IMG/VR virus record: IMGVR_UViG_3300037780_000034
Coordinates: 96,001-160,000 of that record
DNA: 64,000 nt
Source: a virus
Taxonomy: Duplodnaviria; Caudoviricetes
Strand: one strand, 5' to 3'
This document shows, in pieces, positions 20,009 to 30,931 of this stretch. Numbering within the stretch: the first letter of the stretch is position 1; the number at the start of each line of letters is the position of its first letter. A program made the translations under genes and the position numbers. The notes under the pieces are model-generated. The model had not been told where the DNA came from. It was given only the letters and a program-made list of their open reading frames with translations, and did not search any database.

Positions 20009-21223
20009 ATGTATAAAAGTAATATAAAGATTCCAGAAAAACACTATGTTGGTATGGTTAAAAGAAATAATGAAAAAATTCCATTAGGGTTTATAACTCC
20101 TTGGGGAGAAGATTCTTCTGCAAAAAAACGTATGTCAACTGTGGATAGTTGGGCAAACCGATCTTCCAGAAACACAAAATCACTGCCTACTATGATTATT
20201 AACAATATTCCGATGAGTGGGTTCAAAATGACCACTGATATTCGTAGCAGCAGCTATGGTGGAAGTGACAAATGGCGTATAGAAGACCCTAGAGGATTTG
20301 AATTGGAAATCACTAGTCATAATCTTGCTCAATTGCTTTCCGTAGGTATGATTGATCGTGGAGAAATTTCAGATACGTGTGTATGGGCGCGTGATGGACA
20401 AGTCAACGTTTTACTTAGCACTTCAACCAAAGAATACAAAGAAGCAGTAGAAAATACAAAAGTGTCAGAAATGTCTGCCAGTTGGAAAGACGTTAAAATA
20501 GGAAATAAAATTCTATTAAAAAATAACATATCTGGAATCTGGCTTGGTAAAATGTTTTTGACTGGAATTAGTTATTATTATAATAATAGCAATGCTAATA
20601 AAATAAAAGTGTCAGAAAAATCTATTCATATAATTTATATTAATACAGATAACAAAAAGAAATTATTAGTTATTAATAATCCAAAACTTGCTTCTATATT
20701 ATCAGACGAAACTATATTAGACTCAGATGCAGAAATTCTTGCAAACAACTTGTTAAATGACAAAAATTGTAGTATAGAATATAGTGGATATAGTAACTTT
20801 TTTGCGTTAACCATCGGTGCACCTAAATTTGGAAAAAATACTACTTTATCATTAGAACCTGTCTCGGTTGATACTCAAGATCAATTAGATGTATTAGTAA
20901 ACAATTACAACGAACGTGGAAGTATATATACAAAAGCAAGTAACTTTTTATATAAAATAGAAAAAAATAGAGATTATTCTATTCATAAAAGTATGAAAGT
21001 AGAATACGTATGTAAATATTTTTGTCTAGATTCATTTAAAAATAATGAAATTATTCAACTATACAATTCCGTTACTAATCTTAATACCTATAATTGGGGA
21101 AAAAATAATACATATTTAGAAGAACGTAAACACGATTATTTCTTTAATAATAAGGATGAGTTTTATCATATGGTTGTTACATTTGATACTAAATCTGGAA
21201 ATAAATTAAAAGCATATGTGTGA
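20009..21223 (+). CDS. Hypothetical phage protein
   Basis: 404 aa; WRIEDPRGFELEI...CVWAR motif. Confidence 0.7.
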   Translation: MYKSNIKIPEKHYVGMVKRNNEKIPLGFITPWGEDSSAKKRMSTVDSWANRSSRNTKSLPTMIINNIPMSGFKMTTDIRSSSYGGSDKWRIEDPRGFELEITSHNLAQLLSVGMIDRGEISDTCVWARDGQVNVLLSTSTKEYKEAVENTKVSEMSASWKDVKIGNKILLKNNISGIWLGKMFLTGISYYYNNSNANKIKVSEKSIHIIYINTDNKKKLLVINNPKLASILSDETILDSDAEILANNLLNDKNCSIEYSGYSNFFALTIGAPKFGKNTTLSLEPVSVDTQDQLDVLVNNYNERGSIYTKASNFLYKIEKNRDYSIHKSMKVEYVCKYFCLDSFKNNEIIQLYNSVTNLNTYNWGKNNTYLEERKHDYFFNNKDEFYHMVVTFDTKSGNKLKAYV

Positions 21224-21228
21224 GATAA

Positions 21229-21429
21229 ATGAAACATACTATATATTTACCTTGTAATAGTCGTGCACACTTTGATGGAGATTTTTCATATCGTTGTGAA
21301 AATTGTTTTGCCGTTGTTGGAAGTATAGGACAACCAAAACGATGTTCAGACTTAGCAAAAGAATTTAAAATGTATGAAACTCTAGGTCATCAAGGATGGG
21401 ACTATGAAAAGGAAAATCAAGAATCGTGA
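21229..21429 (+). CDS. Small Cys-rich protein
   Basis: YRCENC...GSIGQP..C. Confidence 0.55.
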   Translation: MKHTIYLPCNSRAHFDGDFSYRCENCFAVVGSIGQPKRCSDLAKEFKMYETLGHQGWDYEKENQES

Positions 21430-21671
21430 CGGAAAAAGAAAGAGAAATGAGTAATAAAACAGTTTTTAAAGAAGAAGACATACATAAAATATACTTAGAA
21501 TGGATGAACGAAACAGAATCTGGATCATATCGTAAAGATAGATTTGTAAATTTATTGAAAGGAATTCCATTAGAAACTCAATACGAAATAGAACAATGGT
21601 TAGTATCTTCTCTTGCAATCGGATTAGAAGAAGGATACAATACAGAAAAAAGGAACAATCAAAATGAATAA
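21426..21671 (+). CDS. Hypothetical protein
   Basis: ORF in operon packing. Confidence 0.5.
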   Translation: MTEKEREMSNKTVFKEEDIHKIYLEWMNETESGSYRKDRFVNLLKGIPLETQYEIEQWLVSSLAIGLEEGYNTEKRNNQNE

Positions 21672-21972
21672 TACTCCTGATTATGAACAGTTATATTTTC
21701 AATTAGTAGAAGCATTGGGATATGAAAAAGAACATGTTCTTTCTAATGAATTACAAGATAAGTCCATAGAAGCAGCAAAAATACTTCGCAGAGTTGCAGT
21801 AGCAATGCAAACCAGTTCTCCTGAAACTAGCGGAGCATTGTTTATATGTGGTATTGGTGGTGAAAAGGATGATCTAGGACTTCCTGAAAGATTAAGTGTA
21901 TGTCCAACATATGGAATGCAGGGAAGTGCTACATATACAAAAACACGAGAATATAGCGAACCAGGATGGTAA
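21664..21972 (+). CDS. Hypothetical protein
   Basis: ORF; FICGIGGEKD..GLPE motif. Confidence 0.6.
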   Translation: MNNTPDYEQLYFQLVEALGYEKEHVLSNELQDKSIEAAKILRRVAVAMQTSSPETSGALFICGIGGEKDDLGLPERLSVCPTYGMQGSATYTKTREYSEPGW

Positions 21973-21976
21973 TATT

Positions 21977-22429
21977 ATGAAAACAAAATTGGTTGAAACA
22001 ATGTCAATGCCTATAAATGCTGATATGTGCGAAATATCAGTATTAAAAGACAATTCTATATTTAATTACCGTGTTGTTGAAATTAAAACAACCAATTTTT
22101 TAAATAAAATTTTTATATCTTGTGTAGAATCAAAAAAACTTAAAACTACTAACAAGAAATTACAAGAAGGGTTTTTGATTTATTCTTCTCAAATCATAAC
22201 TTGTATAGGAATAGAATTAACAAAAGATGATTATATAGAATGGGTATTGTCTTGTAAACCAATTAAAGAAATAATAAATACACAAAACACATTATATAGA
22301 ATTAAATATGATGATGAATTTAAAAGTATATCTAAATTAGAAAACATTGATGTGTGTGAAAATACTTCTGAAAGTAAAAAATACAATTTTCACATAATTA
22401 ATCATTTAATGGGATTAATTAAACAATGA
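21977..22429 (+). CDS. Hypothetical protein
   Basis: Likely ATG at 21977. Confidence 0.5.
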   Translation: MKTKLVETMSMPINADMCEISVLKDNSIFNYRVVEIKTTNFLNKIFISCVESKKLKTTNKKLQEGFLIYSSQIITCIGIELTKDDYIEWVLSCKPIKEIINTQNTLYRIKYDDEFKSISKLENIDVCENTSESKKYNFHIINHLMGLIKQ

Positions 22430-22677
22430 CAACTAAAATACATATAGATAGATCAATTATTGCATTAAACTATCGTGATAACGGAAAAAGACCTGTTTAT
22501 ATTATTAAAACAGAAAATACTATTTCTTATGCAAGAGGGGTCAAGATACTTGGTCCCTCTGAATTAATTTATGATGATAGTAAAAACAACTTTGGTGCAA
22601 GAGCATATATACTTACAGAAAGTGAAGTTGTTCTTATTGATGAAATGAGTTATGAAGAAGCAGTTTTGTCAAAATAA
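22426..22677 (+). CDS. Hypothetical protein, paralog of 10703..10978
   Basis: Shared motifs with 10703. Confidence 0.6.
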   Translation: MTTKIHIDRSIIALNYRDNGKRPVYIIKTENTISYARGVKILGPSELIYDDSKNNFGARAYILTESEVVLIDEMSYEEAVLSK

Positions 22678-22709
22678 AATAAATATGTATTATATAATTG
22701 GAGATTATT

Positions 22710-23330
22710 ATGACACAAACTACTGGTCAAGAAATAAGAAAAATATTAAATGTATTAGAAGCGAGAACTCCTAATAATGAAATTTCATATACTGATGAGA
22801 AAGATAAATTAACTATTGACATTAAAGGTAAAAAATCTGCTGAAATAACAAAATTAGCAAAGCAGTTTATGGAAGTTAAAAAATTAGAAAAAGAGTTAAA
22901 AGAAACTAAAGACTCTATGACTGATAATATTAAAAGAGTAACGGAAGCACTGTTTGATGCAGAAGATGCATTAAAAACAAAATATATCAAAACAGTTTCA
23001 ACTGTTATGACAATAACAAAAGATATAAGCCCATCACAAAAAGAAGAATTTGATGTAGATGGGTTTTTTAAAGAACTACACGATTTATTGGATAAAGACA
23101 TAGTTTCAAAGCTATTAGATTTAAAAGAAAAATATACAAACATTAAAGAGATTTCTGGAAGAAAAGGTTCTTTGCGTGATGTTAAAATAAAAGAAGAAGT
23201 TATTTCTGAAAGTTTTATGAGTAGCTTAAAAGAATGGACTTTGGACTTTGCTAATAAAATAATGAAACGATTACCTTTGTTTGATAAAAAGTTGCAAAAG
23301 CTAATGAAAAAATACGGGATCAGTTCCTAA
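22710..23330 (+). CDS. Putative virion head protein with LxE-type leader
   Basis: N-terminal IRKILNVLEA; GGAG RBS. Confidence 0.6.
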   Translation: MTQTTGQEIRKILNVLEARTPNNEISYTDEKDKLTIDIKGKKSAEITKLAKQFMEVKKLEKELKETKDSMTDNIKRVTEALFDAEDALKTKYIKTVSTVMTITKDISPSQKEEFDVDGFFKELHDLLDKDIVSKLLDLKEKYTNIKEISGRKGSLRDVKIKEEVISESFMSSLKEWTLDFANKIMKRLPLFDKKLQKLMKKYGISS

Positions 23331-23558
23331 AAAGATTGTCTATTGACACAACACTCTGGGCGAGTTATGTAAGAAGTGTGCGAAGAAGAATCGCACGCTT
23401 AACCTTATGGAGTGACAAGAAATGAAAATAGTATTCAGCGAAATGGAAACTGAAATCCTTAAAGAACTTCGTAAGTGGGCAGAATCAAAATATAAAACAC
23501 ATTTTGAAATGTTGAATTATGAAGAAGTGTTGGCAGAATTCTGGAAAGAAAAACTTAA

Positions 23559-23828
23559 ATGATAAAATATTTTGATCCAAACGATTTGATAATTGTTGAT
23601 CCTGAAGCAGGTATGCATTTTTATAAACAAGCGGTTTATGAATATGGAGACAACTATGAACTTAGTATTATCACAAACGATGATATTACTTATGAATATG
23701 AATTGCGGTTTAATACATTACCAACAAAGCTTAGATACTTCTTCAAAGATGGATTATCTTGCGATGATGTAGAAAATTTAATGAGTTACGTAGTAGGACT
23801 AACTGGGCACAAACCAATTCAGATATGA
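23559..23828 (+). CDS. Hypothetical protein
   Basis: ORF. Confidence 0.5.
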   Translation: MIKYFDPNDLIIVDPEAGMHFYKQAVYEYGDNYELSIITNDDITYEYELRFNTLPTKLRYFFKDGLSCDDVENLMSYVVGLTGHKPIQI

Positions 23829-23836
23829 GATAATCA

Positions 23837-24148
23837 ATGTCTAAAAAACGTTTTAACATTACTGCTATTATCTATGATAAACGTGGCAGGGTTCTTTCTA
23901 TTGGAAAAAACTCCTATACCAAAACGCATCCAGTTCAAGCAGCATATTCTGAAAAAGCTGGATTGCCTCATAAAATATATCTACACGCTGAAATTCACGC
24001 AATAGTAAAATGTAAAAATCTTGAAAAAGCACATAGAATTGTAGTTTTTCGCTATGATAATGAGGGAAATCCTCGTTCTGCAAAACCTTGTCCAATATGT
24101 GAAAGTGCCATAAAAGAAACTTCTATAAAAGTTATAGAACATACTTGA
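23837..24148 (+). CDS. Zn-dependent cytidine/CMP deaminase-fold protein
   Basis: HAE...PCPIC. Confidence 0.75.
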   Translation: MSKKRFNITAIIYDKRGRVLSIGKNSYTKTHPVQAAYSEKAGLPHKIYLHAEIHAIVKCKNLEKAHRIVVFRYDNEGNPRSAKPCPICESAIKETSIKVIEHT

Positions 24149-24760
24149 CATAGACGCAAATATGTTGTATAAATATAAAGTCTGATTCGTTCAGTCATAT
24201 GGTATTAAAACACATAGCACAGAAAATGAAAATGTTTTTTTTCTTCTACGTTTTCACTTTTTATTAAGTTAGATAGTGAATAGATATAGTAGAAATGTGC
24301 ACTTATATATTTTACCAATATATGAGTTGGTTTACGTCAGGGATGACCACCCTAAAAAGAGTAGGCAATCGTGAACACCTAATCTAGTTGGATTACGGAA
24401 CCTACAGGGAGCAAAAAGCTATCTACACGGCTAATGCTCTTGCGTCATAACGAAGATAGTAAGTAAAATGGTACAGCGTGACCGCCATTTCCTAACGATA
24501 TAGGTTTTATTGTGTAGAGTGTCTTGATACGGAAATGCAAATTTTCTAAGGACATGCTTTGCCCACGGAAGGGCAAAGTGTGTCCATTCCTCGGAAATAT
24601 ATCTTAAGATTATATAATAATAATTATAATTAATAAATCAATTAAAAATAAAAAAAAGAAAATATATACAAATTCTGAGTGATTAACGAAGAATTGTATA
24701 TATTTTATGATTATTAAGTAATGAAACGTAGTGAAATTACTTAATATCTCATTTAATCTT
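24146..24760 (+). ncRNA. Promoter-led structured non-coding region (ncRNA or replication origin candidate)
   Basis: TTGACA at 24146; ~600 nt without a credible ORF; hairpins at 24550-24585, 24659-24706 and 24713-24745. Confidence 0.45.
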
Positions 24761-24833
24761 ATTATCTTACCTATTGACTCTCATTGAACACATGTGTAAA
24801 CAGATTGTAGTCATTTGATTTACGGGGATAGTT

Positions 24834-25106
24834 ATGTCTAACAAACAAGAATTGGATTCAGATGTATTGATTGGAAAAGTAATATATTTAATGTCAGATA
24901 TAACAGAAATAATGGCAAATGAAAAATTTACATTAGAAGAAAGAAAATACATACATATGTTATATAGAAACTATATTGTATATTCTGCTCTAACTGATAC
25001 GTTACCTTCAAACGAATCATATGTAGTAACAAACAAAGTATTGCCTAATAACCCGTGTTATATTTCAAAAGATATAGATGTAATTAAGAAATGGAAAGAT
25101 GAATGA
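24834..25106 (+). CDS. Hypothetical protein
   Basis: ORF with RBS. Confidence 0.5.
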   Translation: MSNKQELDSDVLIGKVIYLMSDITEIMANEKFTLEERKYIHMLYRNYIVYSALTDTLPSNESYVVTNKVLPNNPCYISKDIDVIKKWKDE

Positions 25107-25450
25107 AAATATTTATGGTAGGTGGTTCAATTCGTGATAAACTAATGCATCGTCCTTGTGAGGATTATGATTGGTTAGTTGTTGGTTCATCACACGATGA
25201 AATGATAGAAAATGGATTTGTTCAAGTAGGTGCAGATTTTCCTGTATATTTGCATCCTGAATCAAAACAAGAATATGCTCTTGCTCGTGTAGAAAAGAAA
25301 ACAGGCAGTGGTTATCTTGGGTTTGATACAATACATCAAAGTGGAAATCTTAATCCAAAATTATTGCAAAAGTTTGTTGATCTTGGGTATGATCCAGAAA
25401 AAGAATATAATATTAATGAGTTAATGACAGTTTTCAAAAATATGAAATAA
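25103..25450 (+). CDS. cca: CCA-adding tRNA nucleotidyltransferase, N-terminal catalytic-head fragment
   Basis: [37 protein letters not shown]. Confidence 0.85.
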   Translation: MKIFMVGGSIRDKLMHRPCEDYDWLVVGSSHDEMIENGFVQVGADFPVYLHPESKQEYALARVEKKTGSGYLGFDTIHQSGNLNPKLLQKFVDLGYDPEKEYNINELMTVFKNMK

Positions 25451-25460
25451 TTTGTTTATG

Positions 25461-25489
25461 TTGACAGCATAGACAAATAGTCATATAGT
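25461..25489 (+). promoter_or_regulatory. sigma70-type promoter between the two cca fragments
   Basis: TTGACA-17-TATAGT. Confidence 0.7.
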
Positions 25490-25513
25490 GTGATTCAGAT
25501 TGGAGTGAGTATA

Positions 25514-26542
25514 ATGATAAAATTAAAAGACTTTGTTGATTTGATTTCGGATTTACAACGCAGGGATTTATCAATTAACAGTATTGCAGTTGGTCCAACT
25601 GATGAATTTTGCACTATGGTTGATCCTTTTGATGGTGAAACTGATATAAAAAATAAAGTTTTACGTCATACAAGTGATGCATTTATGGATGATCCTGTTC
25701 GTGTATTACGAATTGCAAGATTCCGTGCACGATTTGGAAGTGATTGGAAGATTGCAGAAGATACAAAAACATTAATTCATAAGATGGGAAAGTCTGGGGT
25801 TCTTGATGAACTTCAACCCGATAGAATTTGGAAAGAACTAAGTCGGGCACTTATGGAAAAACATCCTCGTTTGTTTTTTGACACTCTATTAGAGTGTGAT
25901 GTCTTGCATATTATTTTCCCAGAAATATATGCACTTTGTAGTGCATTGGAAAGTCATAGGTGGCATCCAGAAGGGAATGCATATGAGCATACTATGCTTG
26001 TATTGACACAAACAACTCGTTACGAATTTGGAGAAGAATTTGGTCTATTATTGCGTCTTGCTGCATTAGTTCACGATTTTGGAAAAGGATTGACACCAAA
26101 GGATAAATTACCAAAACATTATGGACACGATGTTAATGGTGTATCAGTGGTTGAAAGTTTTTGTAAAAGGCTTCGTGTTCCTACAGTTATGTGCAATCGT
26201 GTAAAAAAAGCAACACGATATCATATGTATATGCATAAATTAACTGAGTTGAATTCAAAAACTTATGTTAAAATGTTTAGCGATATGAATTCGTGGAATG
26301 ATGAAACCACAGTTGACTTATTGTATTGGGTAGGGATCGTTGATAGTCGTGGCAGGTTGGGAAGTGAACATTGTTCTATTGATGAACTACAGTTACTTCC
26401 AAAAATTTGGAATAATGTTAGAAGTGTAAAGTTTGTTGATGTATTTCCAAATGGTGAGACTGATGTTAATAAGATTAAAAAAGGATTGGAAAACGCTAGG
26501 ATTAATGCAGTAACAGAAGCAAAGAAAGAATTTCAAATATGA
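25514..26542 (+). CDS. cca: CCA-adding enzyme, C-terminal part with HD phosphohydrolase domain
   Basis: DLQRRDLSINSIA, DPFDG, DDPVRVLRIARF, ERIW-like DRIWKEL, HDFGKG. Confidence 0.85.
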   Translation: MIKLKDFVDLISDLQRRDLSINSIAVGPTDEFCTMVDPFDGETDIKNKVLRHTSDAFMDDPVRVLRIARFRARFGSDWKIAEDTKTLIHKMGKSGVLDELQPDRIWKELSRALMEKHPRLFFDTLLECDVLHIIFPEIYALCSALESHRWHPEGNAYEHTMLVLTQTTRYEFGEEFGLLLRLAALVHDFGKGLTPKDKLPKHYGHDVNGVSVVESFCKRLRVPTVMCNRVKKATRYHMYMHKLTELNSKTYVKMFSDMNSWNDETTVDLLYWVGIVDSRGRLGSEHCSIDELQLLPKIWNNVRSVKFVDVFPNGETDVNKIKKGLENARINAVTEAKKEFQI

Positions 26543-27036
26543 CTACAAAAAGTGAAATTATGAAAGAATATTATAGTTTATCAGTAGCACAACGTAGATA
26601 TATATTTGATGATACTTATTATGCTGTAAATCCTAAAACAGAAGAAGTTCTGGTTAGGAAAGGTTATGTATTTTCATATCGTGAACGCAGTAGAACTATG
26701 AATAATGGTATATTAAAACTGGGATCAAAATTTACTGAAAAAGCACATAAATTTGTTGAAAGTTATTTAAATATTAAATTTAAATCTAATATTGCATATC
26801 AAGATGGTATTGTTGTAAATGATATTAATTTTTTACGTTCGTTAATAACAGAAGGAAAACTAGTAGATGAAGAATTCTATTTTGATGTATATAGTGGAAT
26901 CGGAACTACAATTTTGAATGATGTTAAATATATCTTGCATCCACATTTAAAATGGAAGTTAGAAGTTGATACAAGTGAAATATATTGTTATAAATCTAAA
27001 TTTAACAATAAACAATATTATTTAAAATTCTCATAG
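26539..27036 (+). CDS. Hypothetical protein
   Basis: ORF. Confidence 0.55.
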   Translation: MTTKSEIMKEYYSLSVAQRRYIFDDTYYAVNPKTEEVLVRKGYVFSYRERSRTMNNGILKLGSKFTEKAHKFVESYLNIKFKSNIAYQDGIVVNDINFLRSLITEGKLVDEEFYFDVYSGIGTTILNDVKYILHPHLKWKLEVDTSEIYCYKSKFNNKQYYLKFS

Positions 27037-27069
27037 TAATAAATAATTAATATAATTAGGAGAATTTTT

Positions 27070-28266
27070 ATGAGGATTGGTCAAATACTAAAAGAAGCTA
27101 CCAGACCATATATTGAAAAAGTAGTTGATCCAGCATTGATGACATTTTCAGAATATTATAATTTGGTTAATCCACAAGATAAATTTCATCCATCTGATGC
27201 ATATGATGTAGATTTAAAAAAATTAAACGCATATGAATCTGTAGATGATTATCAGAACCTAATTAACACAATAACAATTAATAATATTGTTTTTGAAATA
27301 CGAGAAAAAGCAGATGATCGTTGGGACAAAAAATATGTAAAAACTGACCAAGATAATAATATAGTTCGTGATGAAAACGGATTAGCTACATATTTGAATG
27401 ATGAAGAAATAAAGATGATTATTCCTGCTGAAAAGCGATATGATTATGAATATGCTGCAATAAGAAAAGATACCAATGAAATTGTTGGTAAAACTGAAAA
27501 TGAGTGGGGAACTTTACTTATAATGGTTGCCCAAGAATACAGAAATTTTGGATTTGGAACATTATTGGTAAAATTAAAACGTCAGAGAAATCCTGAAAAA
27601 AGTAGTGGTGGGTTCACCCGGTCTGGTCTTAAGAATTTCAGAAGAGTTCATTCTCAAATGGTTCGGGATTATATGGAAAGCGGATTTTATTCTTATTTGG
27701 TAAAAAACGATGTTATAACTTCTGCTCGTGTAAAAGCCATTGTTGGTTCTATTTTGTCAAGACCATCAAAACAAAAGCAAAAAAACTTGGATACTACAAA
27801 TACAAGCGATTGGATAATAATGACTGATGAAGGAAGTTCATACGTCATTGTTTATGACAAAAAGCTTTATCAGTTTACAAAAGATGATATAGACTATAAT
27901 GATTATTGGATAGAAAAATTTATAATCGGTATGGTAGGCATAGGTGGAAGTGATAAATTTACTTATATTGATAGAAAATATGGTCCTGACAATGTAATTT
28001 CAAAGTCAATAGAAATTTTGATTAATGGAGAATATCCTAAACCAGTATACTTAGAAGAATCTGAATACAACTTAATACGAAACAAAAATATAAAATCTGA
28101 AAAAATAAATAAAAATAATAATGTTATGTATAAATGTTGGGTAAATTCTCCAACTGTAAATATAAAACAAATTTCTAATAAAGAAAAGAAAATAAGACAG
28201 AAATATGATGAATATGATGAATTAAGGTATCGTATTCACGAAATTGCAGAATCTCTTGCAAAGTAG
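27070..28266 (+). CDS. Putative virion head protein with LxE leader and GNAT-like segment
   Basis: MRIGQILKEA; MVAQEYRNFGFGTLL resembles the acetyl-CoA-binding motif. Confidence 0.55.
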   Translation: MRIGQILKEATRPYIEKVVDPALMTFSEYYNLVNPQDKFHPSDAYDVDLKKLNAYESVDDYQNLINTITINNIVFEIREKADDRWDKKYVKTDQDNNIVRDENGLATYLNDEEIKMIIPAEKRYDYEYAAIRKDTNEIVGKTENEWGTLLIMVAQEYRNFGFGTLLVKLKRQRNPEKSSGGFTRSGLKNFRRVHSQMVRDYMESGFYSYLVKNDVITSARVKAIVGSILSRPSKQKQKNLDTTNTSDWIIMTDEGSSYVIVYDKKLYQFTKDDIDYNDYWIEKFIIGMVGIGGSDKFTYIDRKYGPDNVISKSIEILINGEYPKPVYLEESEYNLIRNKNIKSEKINKNNNVMYKCWVNSPTVNIKQISNKEKKIRQKYDEYDELRYRIHEIAESLAK

Positions 28267-28325
28267 TTGACACTCATTTAACTGTTTGATACCAAAGCAA
28301 TCATTGCACAATGAAGGAGAAATAA

Positions 28326-28538
28326 TTGAATACTGATGAAATAATTAGTTCATCTTTACAAACATATATTGATGAAATTTATGATGGAGATATATATGAA
28401 CTTTTTGAAAATTACGAAGATATAGAGATAGCATATGAACTATGGGAAAATACCCAATCTGGTGAACTGAATCTAGTTGACATTGAAACAGAGATTCGCT
28501 ATCTTCGTAAGAACCAGATGCTTCACATAATAGAATGA
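28326..28538 (+). CDS. Hypothetical acidic protein
   Basis: GAAGGAG RBS, TTG start. Confidence 0.55.
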   Translation: MNTDEIISSSLQTYIDEIYDGDIYELFENYEDIEIAYELWENTQSGELNLVDIETEIRYLRKNQMLHIIE

Positions 28539-28748
28539 CGACAACGTAGCAAGGAGAAACTAAAATGTATATGATTTTTGCTGAAAACTACAATGGAGAT
28601 ATCATTCGTGCTATCACTTGGAATAAAGGAAAGATTGAAGGAATTCTTCATATGAAACTTGCTCTTAAAGAGAGCAAAAAGACTGCTTCAAAAATTTGGG
28701 CAGAAAAAATCAACAAACAAGAAACCACTGTTTAAGAAAGAAACATAA

Positions 28749-28985
28749 ATGAACGGATACAGTTATACCTATTATTATGACACTGAAGAAGATGTTCGTA
28801 AAATTTTTCATACTGTGATTCACCCAGATGGAAGTCATCATAACATTCCTTGGAGTTCATATGAACATATGGATAGTGAAGATTTTAAATTGTGGGTTCA
28901 CTTGGGTATGCCACAAAGTCCACTAACCGGAAGCAATTTTAATAAGAAAAGTCTTATTGAATATCTAAACCAAGCAATGTCGTAA
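28749..28985 (+). CDS. Hypothetical protein
   Basis: ORF. Confidence 0.55.
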   Translation: MNGYSYTYYYDTEEDVRKIFHTVIHPDGSHHNIPWSSYEHMDSEDFKLWVHLGMPQSPLTGSNFNKKSLIEYLNQAMS

Positions 28986-28999
28986 AGAGGGTTATCAAA

Positions 29000-30118
29000 A
29001 TGGGATACTATACTTTTTTGTTTTTTATTCCTGTAGTTGTGTGGATTTTGTTTTCAAAATTATATTTTAAAAATGAGTTCACATATAAAGAAATGATTGC
29101 ACAAAGTATAGTATCTCTTTTTGTAATTTTTTCTATATTTTCTTTTGGAAGCTATTCCCAAACATATGACACAAAACTTGTTAATGGCTTAGTAACTGAA
29201 CTTAACCAAAGAAAAGAAAATTGTCCTATGGGATGGAACGACTGGACTGACAATTTTTGCACAGAATATAGAACACGTACAGTTCCAGATGGACAAACTT
29301 GCACTACATCATCTAATGGAATTCGTAGTTGCACCACAAACTATAAAACACAGTATAATTACATATATAGTTGGGAACAACGTTATTTTGTAAAAACAGA
29401 TATCAATGATGGATATGAAATTAGCAGAATTGATCGTCAGGGTAAAGATATTCCTCCAAGATTTTCTGAAATAAATATAGGAGACCCAGTAACACATAGT
29501 ATTGCTTATACAAATTATATTCGTGGAGCGTATGATAGCTTATTTAATGAAAAATTGCCAAGTGATGTGTTACCACCACTTTCTTACCCAAAAGTTCGTG
29601 ATTACTATAAAGTAAATCGTCTTGTAGTATATGGAGTTGAATTTAGTCCTGCGGTTTTTAACGAATGGAATAATCAACTTTCTGCAATGAATTCTAACAT
29701 TAGAGAAACAAACGCAAACGTGATTATAGCAATTACTGGCGAAACACAGGAATTTGCCAATAGGTTGTCACAGGCGTGGGAAGCGCATAATATTAATGAT
29801 GTAATAGTATCAATAGGTATCAACAATAATCAAATAATTTGGGCAGATGTTCGTAGTTGGAGTTCTAATGAATTAGTAAATGTTTCAATTCGTGATGAAA
29901 TACTGAACCTAAATGAGTTAGATTATGTAAAAATAAACAAAATTATAAGTGAAAATATAGTTGCTCATTATAATCAAAAAGATATGAGCGAATTTGAATA
30001 TCTTGCTGATGATATTCCGCCTCCTACTTGGGCTATGATATTAGCATTTATCTTCTTGATGATTGCATCACCTATAATAACTATACTTCTATCTAAAAAT
30101 CAGATCAAATCTAAATAA
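29000..30118 (+). CDS. Membrane protein with a large extracytoplasmic domain
   Basis: Two N-terminal and one C-terminal hydrophobic helices; Cys-rich loop. Confidence 0.7.
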   Translation: MGYYTFLFFIPVVVWILFSKLYFKNEFTYKEMIAQSIVSLFVIFSIFSFGSYSQTYDTKLVNGLVTELNQRKENCPMGWNDWTDNFCTEYRTRTVPDGQTCTTSSNGIRSCTTNYKTQYNYIYSWEQRYFVKTDINDGYEISRIDRQGKDIPPRFSEINIGDPVTHSIAYTNYIRGAYDSLFNEKLPSDVLPPLSYPKVRDYYKVNRLVVYGVEFSPAVFNEWNNQLSAMNSNIRETNANVIIAITGETQEFANRLSQAWEAHNINDVIVSIGINNNQIIWADVRSWSSNELVNVSIRDEILNLNELDYVKINKIISENIVAHYNQKDMSEFEYLADDIPPPTWAMILAFIFLMIASPIITILLSKNQIKSK

Positions 30119-30130
30119 AAGGAATTAAAA

Positions 30131-30688
30131 ATGAAAACTAAAAGTATTTTAGCAATTTCAAGTGCAATCGTTATCTTTGGAGCAGTTGCATTTTCGGCAG
30201 TAAGTTATATTTCTGCATATAATTTGGGAAATCGTCTTGAACAAAATATTGTAGCAACATACGAAAATAATCGTAACGTGCTTGCACAATATGGAAATCG
30301 TGTTTCTGAGGCTGCTCAAATCCCTGCAATGCAGCGTGATGATTTAACACAAGTTGTCACTGCTGCGCTGGAAGGACGTTATGGAGAAGATGGTTCACAA
30401 GCTGTATTTCAATGGATTCAAGAACAAAATCCACAAATAGATTCAACTGTATATGTTCAATTACAGAGAATTATTGAAGCTGGAAGGATTGAATTTGCCA
30501 ATGAACAAACTAAATTGGTAGATCAAAAACGAGTATATGAAACCGCACTTGGCTCATTTTGGAAAGGAACTTGGCTGAATATTTCTGGATATCCATCAAT
30601 AAACCTTGACGACTTTCAAATTGTATCCACCTCTCGTGCAAATGAAGCATTTGAATTTGGAATTGAAGAACCAATTCAGCTAAGGTAA
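30131..30688 (+). CDS. Membrane-anchored protein, possibly LemA-like
   Basis: N-terminal TM helix plus helical domain; family call tentative. Confidence 0.55.
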   Translation: MKTKSILAISSAIVIFGAVAFSAVSYISAYNLGNRLEQNIVATYENNRNVLAQYGNRVSEAAQIPAMQRDDLTQVVTAALEGRYGEDGSQAVFQWIQEQNPQIDSTVYVQLQRIIEAGRIEFANEQTKLVDQKRVYETALGSFWKGTWLNISGYPSINLDDFQIVSTSRANEAFEFGIEEPIQLR

Positions 30689-30715
30689 TCCCATCTTCAA
30701 CAGAAAGGATTTTTT

Positions 30716-30931
30716 ATGCTGTTTGAAAAACAATATAATTTAATTGGTGGGCAGTATGTTACTGCCCACCCTGATTCAAATATGTCACTGAATAGTTTGT
30801 ATCCTTATTATAATGGTTATGATCTAATTGCAATAAAACCAAATGGAATATTGGTATATAAACGTAGAAATTTTGTCGTTAGATTGTTTCGCTATGTCAA
30901 ATTTATTATAAAAGGTAAAAGATATGCGTAA
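30716..30931 (+). CDS. Hypothetical protein
   Basis: ORF. Confidence 0.45.
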   Translation: MLFEKQYNLIGGQYVTAHPDSNMSLNSLYPYYNGYDLIAIKPNGILVYKRRNFVVRLFRYVKFIIKGKRYA

